Shown piece after piece: positions 53,333 through 64,000 of a DNA stretch of 64,000 bases. Both the position numbers and the translations under genes were made by a program. The notes beneath the pieces are model-generated. The model saw only the letters and a program-made list of their open reading frames with translations. It was not told the DNA's origin and searched no databases. Numbering within the stretch: position 1 is the first letter of the stretch; every line of letters begins with the position of its first letter. The stretch lies in contig CM022675.1 of the NCBI GenBank assembly GCA_012295275.1, forward strand, positions 496,001-560,000. Direction: 5' to 3'. The stretch comes from Chrysomallon squamiferum (lineage: Eukaryota; Animalia; Mollusca).

Positions 53333-56214
53333 ATAATTATTTTTTGTTTTATTTTCTATTTTATTTATCTATATTCACACACACACAGACACACAGATGT
53401 AATTTTAAATTAGATTGTAGATCAGGTTCTTTACTGAAATAGCTCATACTGTTGTTAATTTCTGCCATGTGTTGTCTGCATTGACGGCGGGAAGCGCGTG
53501 CACAAGTTGGCACCGAGCCAAGTTTGTCAAGTCAGTTAGAACGAATTAACATCATCTTGTTAGATAGCCGCTTCATTTACTTCTTCATTTATTGTTTTCT
53601 GGTTTATTTTATTTATTTATTATTTTAATTTATTCATTCGTTTGTATTTTTTCATTCTTTCTTTCTTTATTAATCTTTTTGTTCGTTTATCTGTCTATTT
53701 ATTTGTTAACTTGTTATATATATATATACACACACATACATATATATATATGTATGTGTATGTATATACATACATACATACATAGATATTGATATATGTT
53801 TATTTATTTATATATTTTTTATTATTCAAATAATTAAAATAAAGGTTTTAATTCGCCTTTTATAATTAAATTAAAAAGATTGAATTCGTTTGCTTCGAAA
53901 AGTCGATCTCGATTCTTAAAACAGTTTCTTTATCATGCTTAATGGCCGTTTCGCGTCCCAAAATGAAATTTCGTATTGGTCCGTCCTATCTTGCCTATCG
54001 ACAAATACGCACCAAAAATAACACTTTGTGTCAGATCTGAACGCACAGACTAGAACACGCTTTCTGTTTAGAGAAACGTATTTACCTAAATGCTACCTGC
54101 ATAAACCTTTATGAAGGTTCATGTTAACATAATGTTCCAATTGTTTTTATCGATTGACATGTTCAGTCGATATCAACCTTCAAAAGATTGCATTTATCTC
54201 AGATACATTCAGACACCAGATGTACTTAACTGGTCGTTGTGTGTGTTATTATTTAATATGACACAGTAAATGAGGTTTAGTGGTGTAACTCGCTTAGCAT
54301 TGTATTGTAATGCATCATTGTATTGTATTGTATTGCATTATATTGTATTAGTTTATATTATATTATATTATATGGTATTATATTATATTACATTACATTA
54401 TATATTGTAATTATGGTATGTCACCATACTTTACATTACAAGACAATATAATATATCACATTATATTACACTATATTATGTTATGCTATGCTATGCTGTG
54501 CTATGTTATGTTATGTTACATTATATTATATTATACTGGTGAGTGTGTGTGTGTGTGTGTGTGTGTGCGCGCCTCTCTCTCGCATATATGAGAGCGTATC
54601 TACGTGTGTTGTGTTGTGTGTGGGTGTCCGTGTGGGTGTGTGCAGTTAAGTACATATTCTTCAATAATGTTATAATTGTTATAATGTTTTATCTCAACTT
54701 TTACGCACAAGTTTTCTGACAATTAACATATTAATAAGTTTTCAAAGTTACTTTTATGAATACTGCGGTGTTTTAACTTTTGCGCAGTCACTGAAATTTA
54801 CTTTTCTAATTACTGTTTTTCTAAACGTTTTGCGCAGAATGTGCCGTTTCGTTTATTTATTTTTTTTAACTCATTAAAAGTCATTAACAATGTAGATAAA
54901 AATATGAAATCTTACCGTCACAATAACTCTTATTTGTCTTCAGTTTTCGCTCACAAAATTTTCTTTTTCTTGTTTCCTCCTGCAGTTCATTTAGTTCTTC
55001 GCGCCTGCGAACAGAAGTAAAATTTGTGCAGAAACCAGACAAGAGAAACGTAATTTGAAACCCTGCACCTGTATAGCCTAACTAAATTTCTCCGCGGTGC
55101 CATACCCGACTTGCCTATTTCTGTAACTGCTCCGTGACGACTCAGGCTAGGATGTTGCAGGCATCCAGACCACGCCAACATTCTTCTCTGATAAGATTCT
55201 CTGACTGGGATCTTGTCATATCTTCCTGGTTTGACAGAAGTGTGGTTGGGAAGCTGAATGAAGTGCCACAGGTTAAAGGATCAGTGACTGATAGCAGACA
55301 GCCGGTTCACGGGAGTGTACTAATTAAAGTCATGTGTTTCTTTTCCCGTTCTAGCCTCAGTCGTCATGGACTAATTATTAATCGGAAGTTACTGTTACGT
55401 TCTCGTTAAAATCCTTCACATGAGTTATTGTTGCAGCGAACCCGGAAAGTTGTTTTGTATGTATACACGTGTTTTATTTTACAGATGGACAGGGCAGCAC
55501 GTGCCACAGGTGCTGATAAACTTGACACAATACGACTGAGACTGGCAGAAGACAGAAGAACAGAGACATGCGGCTGTGTAACATTTGTGAACATTTTATT
55601 TAATATTATATATATATATATAGGCCTACAAACATACATACAAATATACACACTCAGATACGACGGGGTTTATGAAGTCGTGATAGGACTTTGTCGTCCT
55701 GCGCCAGTGAATGGCCTATCAGACGTATATACATATATACAAACATACATACATATACTTACATACATGCATATACATACATACATACATACGTACACGC
55801 AGATAAAGATGTAGAGACAGAGAGACACGGAGAGAGAACTAGTAACATAATATACTTTGCATCTGTAACAAACGAGACAAAAAGAAAAAGAAGAACGATT
55901 GATAGAAAGAAAGAAGGAGAGAAAGAACAAAACAACTGATAATAGATTTTCTAAACTCACTGACTCGCAAGTTGCATCAAATTTCAAGTCTAACAGCAGA
56001 ATTCAATAATCTTACAGACAAGGTTTAGTTATAAACTGAGATGAAAACTGTTTTCAAGGTTGGCTGTCAAGAAAACTGTATTTTGAAGACGTTTTGTATA
56101 ATAATTTCACTACACTGGCTTACGTTTCATGTTTCGTCTAAATACTGCTTAAAATTATTATCATTATTTCAGTTGACGTTTAAAGAAATAGTAATTTATT
56201 TCTTTTAAAAAAAT

Positions 56215-56291
<77 letters not shown>

Positions 56292-56583
56292 TAATGACGA
56301 TTACGATGAAAGTAGTGGGGATGATTATGATGATGATGATGATAATGATAATGCTGACGGTGGCGGTAGTGATGATTATGATGATGATGGTGGTAGTGAT
56401 AATGATGGTTATGGTGATGGTATGCCTATAGATAAAACCAAACATTTAATAATTCGCTTTTTATTAAAAAAAAAATCTCTAAAAAGTAGTAGCGAAAACG
56501 GTACCAGACAAATAAACAAATATAAACTCGACAAACAGTTGTTTATTTCCTGAACTGAGTCACTTTTTATTTTTATTTTTTTT

Positions 56584-56615
56584 TAGCGCCCTCTAGTTCG
56601 CCGGTCGGCCATTTT
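56584..56615. promoter_or_regulatory. Candidate CTCF-like site with adjacent YY1-like site
   Basis: TAGCGCCCTCTAGT (reverse ACTAGAGGGCGCTA) followed by GGCCATTTT, in a local CpG-rich patch. Confidence 0.45.
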
Positions 56616-57480
56616 GTTTTGCGCGACACACGCGTGTAGGGAGGTCATTCCCTCACAGCAGATGATTATTGTTAAATAAAATATTGTTCTTTATTTTTCT
56701 CCATTTAATTTCCATCCGCTATATTATACAACGTACTGAAATAAAGTTGAGTCTGTTAAGAAACGTGTTCAGTTGTACCTGGGTTGTTTTTATTTAAATA
56801 AGAGTTATGTCCGACTGTTCGTGGTCACGTGGTTATTTCGTCTGCTCTGATGTCTGATTGTCACCCTGTTTGTCATGCTAGGTACTGTACAAAGTTGTTT
56901 TAATAATAGAAACGGATTAATAAAGGTTAAGAGTGTTTTCGTTTGTATCTGTTGAATAGAGTTTAATGTTTTTTTTTTTTGTTTTTTTTTGTCCTTGTTT
57001 ATTTTATATTTTAATCTATATTTAGCCCGTATCGAGAAATCCGGACCATCTCCCGTCCAGGTTTGCTGGATCAACGTTCGGTACCTATTGTTGTTGTAGT
57101 AGTAGTAATAGTAGTAGCAGTAGTACTAGTAGTAGCAGTAGTAGTAGTAGTAGCAGCAGCAGCAGCAGTAGTACTAGTAGTAGTAGTAGTAGTAGTAGTA
57201 GCAGCAGCAGCAGCAGTAGTACTAGTAGTAGTAGTAGTAGTAGTAGCAGCAGCAGGAGCAGAAGCAGCAGTGGTAGTAATAATTGTAGTAGCAGTAGTGT
57301 ACTAGTAGTAGTAGTAGTAGTAGTTGTTGTTGTTGTAGTAGTAGTAGTAGTAATAATAACAGCAGTAGTAGTAGTACTTGTAGTAGTAGTAGTAGTAGTA
57401 GTTATAGACGTAGTAATAGCAGAAGTAATAATAATAATAATAATTACTTACGGAGTAGTTAATAACAGTGATGTATCGTG

Positions 57481-57755
57481 TTCTACTTTGGCGTGTGATC
57501 TACTCGATCTAGTGATCTACACCGAGCAAATTCTACGTTGGCGTGTGATCTACACCGAGCAAATTCTACTTTGGCGTGCGATCTACACCGAGCAAATTCT
57601 ACTTTGGCGTGTGATCTACTCGATCTAGTGGTCTACACCGAGCAAATTCTACTTTGGCGTGTGATCTACACCGAGCAAATTCTACTTTGGCGTGTGATCT
57701 ACTCGATCTAGTGGTCTACACCGAGTAAATTCTACTTTCGCGTGTGATCTACGCG
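57481..57755. repeat. Minisatellite with mixed 33-bp and 50-bp units
   Basis: TTCTACTTTGGCGTGTGATCTAC[TCGATCTAGTGRTCTAC]ACCGAGCAAA; order 50,33,33,50,33,50,partial. Confidence 0.92.
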
Positions 57756-58800
57756 CTTATTTCAAATATTTTGTTTATTCTTGTTTGTTTTGTTTTTTTG
57801 TTGTTTTTTTTCACGGCAAAAATGAAACGAATTTTCCTTTTATTATATATTTATAATTTATATTAACAAGAGCTAAAAAGTATACAAATCTGAATAATGT
57901 TATCGATGCCCTGAGCTAGAAACGGAAGAAAAAGATATTCGGTATTCTTCCTCATCTGTAACCAACAGAAATAACCAAGATGTGACAGGAAGACAAACGT
58001 AACTGCAACCTTGTTGTCGCGGAATACAGACTGCGCAACAAATTGTTACTTCACACACGTCCGCGCTTTTTATTTGTATTCGATGGAATTGAAACTGCGT
58101 AACTTGAATTGTAACTACAACCACACCCGCGCTTTTTTATTGTCTGCGTCAATTTTTCAACTCCATGGCGTTGTTATAAAATGGCTGGCATTTGGTAATT
58201 AAGCAGCGAAGGAAAAGGTCAACACGAGAGCAAAGTCAGGCGGGGAAACCAATGTTTTTGAATGACATTGTTTTTACGGACGAGTATGGTAAGCTATTGT
58301 CTGTTCTTATTTTCATAGGTTGTAATGTGCAATTAACCTGTGTCAATAACAATTAATATACCTAAAATTTTAATTTTGTAATCTTTCCTCCGTGCAGATT
58401 CTAATTTTGTCTTGTTTCCCCGTATGAACTTATTCGTATCATTAATCAAAATTACTGAAATGTATGTTTTATGATTGTATATCGTATCATTATCAAGTCA
58501 CCTGTATATCATAATAAAACGATTACGGTGAACCTTAACTTGTGTTGTGTGTAATTCTCTAGCGGATAGATGGACTTATTGATTTATATAGATTGCTGTC
58601 GATTTAGCGTTTATATTCCTTTTTAGGTGGCCATTAAAGCACCTTGTTACCCGTGCCTTAATAAAACATCTAAGATGTTTAAAGGTGTGAAGCCCCGTGA
58701 TATTTGTCATCCTGAATTTCATTTAAAATGAATTAGACACTAATTTATAATGAATTTTTCTCAAGTATATTTCCAAAACTCGAAAAATCTGCATAATGAA

Positions 58801-58839
<39 letters not shown>

Positions 58840-60337
58840 ATATTGTGAACTGTCCTGATTATTTATAAAATAAATTATGCTAAATGCTTTCACTTATGGC
58901 ATGTTGACAATACCTTTTTGAATAAAATAATTTCCTAGATTTTTTTTTTTTTTTTTTTTTTTTCCTTTATGTTGTAGGCCACATATCAAAGTAACCAGAA
59001 AATAGTAACTTAGAAGTATAAAGAATGTTTCTTTTGTTGTTTTTCTCCCCACTCTTCAGAGCTGACACAAAAAGTCTTTGCTGCATGGCTGCTCAACATT
59101 GTCAGAGGTCAGAGGTCAGGCGAACTCGGTTAATAGGGTGATTATACTATCCGGGTAGAATGTTTATTTGGACCAAATGAAATAGCCTGACAAAAGTTGT
59201 CCGAAAACTAAGATTATAAGAACATGGTAATTGAACGGTTTATTTCAGGCTATGTCACAGTATCCGTTGACGAAAAAGGTGTGACAAATATTAAATTATA
59301 TTTTATGTTACTGTGTGCGATTGTGTATGTGTGTATGTGTGTGTGTGTGTGTGTGTACGTGTGTGTGTGTACGTGTGTGTGTATGTGTGTAAGAAAATTA
59401 AATAAAATTTAAAGCCTTATAATAATTTTATGAAATACAAAAATTAATGATACTATAACATATAAAAATGTTATTACTATAAAATAAGAAATTTCAGCAA
59501 AATAGAATAATTATAATTGTAACATAACGTTACGTAACATTAAGTAATATAACGTAACATAACTATTATGTAACATGTGTTAAGCAACACAGTGCAATAC
59601 ATAATTTACTAAGAAAATAAAGTTAGAAAATGATCTTACATAAAATAAATTTTAAGAAGATTATGTTTATAATATTACAACACAAATCCAGAAATAAATA
59701 AGTATATAGACAGATGTATGTATGGATGGCTTGAGTGTGTGTGCTTGAGTACCATATACACACTCATGTAAAGATATATTATGATCGTAATAATACAACA
59801 ACAAAAGTTTCTTTTTCATAAGGTAATCTACAATAAAAATATATTTACATATAATATTACCCAAAAATAAATTTGTACGGGGTTTTCATGTCACCACTGG
59901 TAATAAATAATGTATGGTATTGTTCACGCATGAACTGCCAGAATGTTTTGTGTTTTTTTTTTTTTTTTTTTTTTTATCACGTCTGCGACCAGTCGAATAA
60001 GAGCAGACGAGATGTGAAAACGTTCCATTGCGACTCCCGCCTTCTTCACCTAACCGATCTATAGCAGCTGCATTTACATCAGCAACATGGACGAGGTAGC
60101 AGGATTAAATCGAAAACTGTGAGTAGATCAGTTTATTCACACGCTTGTTCTTCGTACTGCAGTCCCAACGCGCGCTAGAGCGGGTTTTCAAGGAGGGGGG
60201 GTGTTTTGCGGCTGCCACACTTTATTTGTGACAGTCCTGTGAACTGTGTCTGTCTGGCCGGAATGGCGCGAGACAGCACGGAGCAGAAATCAATACACAG
60301 TTTCACGCGTTATCATAACTAATTATTAGTTTAATCT

Positions 60338-60373
<36 letters not shown>

Positions 60374-61049
60374 TAGCTTAGTTCACTACAGTACTGGGTA
60401 CGTTTATATTGTTTCCATGTTTCTGGTGACAAATGTATTTTTATAATTGATTGTTGTTTATTTTATTTCCTTTATTTTATTTTATTTTATTTTATTTTAT
60501 ATATTTATTTATCTATTTATTTATTTATTTATTTATTTATTTTTCGTTCAGTTTTGTTTTGACTTCGATTGAAAATGACGTCGATTCTGTTTAATTATTT
60601 AGCTTTTAATTTTTTTCTTTCTCTCTTTCTCTCTTTCTTTTCTGTTCTTCTTTTTTTTTTTTTTCTTCTTTCTTCTTTCTTTTTTTATATTTGTTGGTTG
60701 ATGTTATTTTTACCATTGCTAACAATAGCAATAACAACAACAATAATAACATAGTTGTAATAATGTAAGAAAAATGGTGATGGTGTTGACGTCAGTGTCG
60801 ATGTTTTCCTAATTTTTATGAAGTGAAACTATAAGATTCTGACAAGCTCAGTATTACATTTATGTTCGTGTGCGTGCGTAATTGTGTGTGTGTGTTTATA
60901 GATACAAATATAACATCGACATTGTGATAATTTATGTACAAACATTCAAATGTTATTTAAATGAAAACCAACAGTGTCAAATGTTCTTCAGTGTTCTGGT
61001 TTTATAGTTATTCTGCGTATTTCTGCATATATATCACACACACACATAC

Positions 61050-61192
61050 AACACGTACACACACACACGTACACACACCTAGACACACACGTACACACAC
61101 CTAGACACACACGTACACACACCTAGACACACACGTCCACACACCTAGACACACACGTCCACACACCTAGACACACACGTACACGCACACAC
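61050..61192. repeat. 22-bp CA-rich minisatellite (ACACACACGTACACACACCTAG)
   Basis: Directly visible. Confidence 0.85.
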
Positions 61193-62161
61193 GGCAAAAC
61201 AGGTCAACACGAAATATCAACTTGTAAATAATGGACGCGGACAATCACTTAATTCCGTCAACCAACAATGAACGACAGCAACCACGATAATAAAACTTGC
61301 AACAACGACAACGTCCATTAGAGACGCGAAAAATCAATGATTGCAGTTTGTTTGTGTGGCGACCTCTATAAATATTTCACCATTGAAACTTTCAGTGATT
61401 TATGTGGCTGTCCTTATCATTTAGCAGAGTGTAGTCTGTTTATAAAACCTCCTCACTGGCAGGAATTAATAAGTGTCGAACGATACCACAAGTCATTTAA
61501 GTATTAATGAACAGATTAGTAGGTTTCTCTATGTTAGTAGTGGGAAAAAACGCCTCACTTGGACGTGCCATAAGCAGATTAAAATAAAATATATTTAACT
61601 ATAGCAATCAAAGTTATAAAGCCATCCAATCTAACAACAGACATGTAATTCATTAAAATACCTAACTACATTAAGACATAATGATATGAGCCGATTAAGG
61701 ACAGCTGTAGACAAAAGACGTCTTATCCCGAGAAAATTGATTACGGCAGTAATCTTGACAATAATTATAATACCTAAATACATTAACCCGTAACGATATG
61801 AGCCGAGTGCTATAAAATAACGTACAGACCAGTGTCTGACCAGCCACGGACGCGCCCGCTGACCTGTCAGAAAGCGTGCCCGTCGCAGTCGTGCTTCACA
61901 GCAGCTTGCTCTGATTAGCACGTTAATTTTTTTCCTATTCCTATTCCTAGTGTCCAGCTATAACGCACTTGGCTGTCCAGCAATAAACACTTCGGAACTC
62001 GGCTCGTCTCTCTTTCGTTTTTGTATTTAAACTGGACCCCACTGCTCCCAGATTGCATTCCCCAAAGTAGTTATATAGCAAAATACCCACGGTTATAGTA
62101 TGTATGTGTGTCTGCATTTGTGTCTATATATGTATATGTGTGTGTGTGATATGTATGTGTG

Positions 62162-62213
<52 letters not shown>

Positions 62214-62889
62214 TCAACCTTACCAAGATGGTGTAATTTATGTTCGTACGCACCAGCATATCATGCATGCATGTGTATATGCGTATGCATGTTTGTATCT
62301 ATATATGTGTTTACATACAAATGTTTTTATGTATGTATATATGTATGTATGTATATATGTATGTATGTATGTATGTACACAATTCATTGGAACCACTCAA
62401 AACGGGAGAATACAGGTCGAGTGTCTCACTTCACAGTTTCCAGATTAATTAAACATACGCTTTGGTTGTCCATTGTCAGAGGTCCATTGTGACGTCACTC
62501 ACAAAGAGTAACTTGTTAACTAGTATTACCACACTCTTGAACAACATGCAGATAATAATAACATATACAACAATGTGGTGTATGTTACATACATTCTTTC
62601 ACAAACTAAAAATAAAAATAAGATATTCGATACATACGTGGATAATTTAATCAATTCAAATTATTGCAGCGTTTGCTAGTCACATAAGAAAACAATGTCA
62701 CAGACAGCAATTAAATTTAAATGTACTGAACTGTATTTGCATGTGAAAATAAGTTTAATAAATGATGTTGATTCGGTCCCAGAACTGTCTTAAAGGATAT
62801 TTGGGATAGGGGGACCTTATCTGTGTCTGATAAATTAATAAAATAAAATAAAATAAAATAAAATGTATTTTAATAAAAGGGAATTCGGT

Positions 62890-63197
62890 GGTTTGCGAGA
62901 TAACTGTTCGTTCATGAAAAACAATAATTCTGCGATTTGCGAGTTAATTATTCATTCATGAAAGACAGTTCAGGAGTTTGAGAGTTAATTATTCATTACT
63001 GAAAGACAGTTCAGCGGTTTACGAGTTAATTATTCGTTCATGAAAGACAATTCAGGAGTTTGGGAGTTAATTATTCGTTCATGAAAGACAATTCAGCGGT
63101 TTGCGAGTTAATTATTCGTTACTGAAAGACAATTCAGCAGTTTGCGAGTTAATTATTTGATCATGAAAGACAATTCAGCGATTTGCGAGTTAATTAA
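62890..63197. repeat. ~41-bp tandem repeat, ~7 copies
   Basis: Unit ~GAGTTAATTATTCGTTCATGAAAGACAATTCAGCGGTTTGC. Confidence 0.9.
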
Positions 63198-63599
63198 TTT
63201 TCACAGCTTGACTCTTTCACTTCACGCTTCTGTGAGTCGGGTTAAAAGCAAAGTTCAGTGGTAAACTCGAATACTGCGACTTACTGCAAGCAGAAGCCGC
63301 TGGTTTGATTCAAAACTGCTCCGAATTGTAATAAAACACTAAGTACAAATTAGTCATAACGCTGTCGAGTAACATTAACTTCCATTTAAACAATTAATAA
63401 CGAAATACACTTATTTGTAGACTCACAAACACATACATGCATGAGTGCATAGATACATGGATGTTCCTTGATTTATATACGTCAAGAAAAAAGAGAGAGA
63501 TACAGAAGAGAGATGGAAAGAGAGAGTGAGATAGAAAGACAGAGGCAAAGAGAGATAAGAGTGATGAGAGACAGACAAGGATACACAAAGAGAGGGAGA

Positions 63600-63920
<321 letters not shown>

Positions 63921-64000
63921 ATAAAGAAACAGAGAGATACAACGAGAGTGTATATCTGTTCTAGGATTTATTCTGATTTTTAACAGTTGTATCTGAACAG

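Noticed and set aside
54987-55987. Short ORFs and a possible + strand exon near 55484-55577
   Set aside because: No recognisable domain, weak donor and no partner exons.
57481-57755. CRISPR-like repeat/spacer appearance
   Set aside because: The optional 17-bp insert is the same sequence each time rather than unique spacers; the context is eukaryotic and there are no cas genes.

Overview
AT-rich, microsatellite-dense animal genomic DNA, probably molluscan or at least lophotrochozoan (inferred from the gene architecture). The main feature is a + strand myosin-motor/chitin-synthase fusion gene, which I traced by hand through 30 GT-AG exons (6564-44691, about 2,490 codons; the 5'-most exon(s) were not located). 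Its order is a divergent myosin head, an IQ-less ER/K-rich segment of about 260 aa, a TM region, the GT2 catalytic core (GEDRW, QRRRW) and a C-terminal TM region and tail. As assembled, its 22.5-kb intron contains two 32-bp satellite arrays, a Nanopore adapter remnant and a 200-N gap. It also holds a second, diverged partial copy of six CHS exons and a ~65-bp minisatellite built from the gene's own 3' splice site plus the VMYMYYLLG exon start. A 68-bp repeat similarly copies a 5' splice site near the start of the gene. Downstream is a convergent calmodulin-like EF-hand gene (- strand) whose intron holds an antisense, intronless 225-aa ORF beginning MGSSDS. The last ~14 kb is non-coding, with simple repeats and candidate CRE, CTCF and YY1 sites. 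The duplication next to the gap may be partly an assembly artefact.
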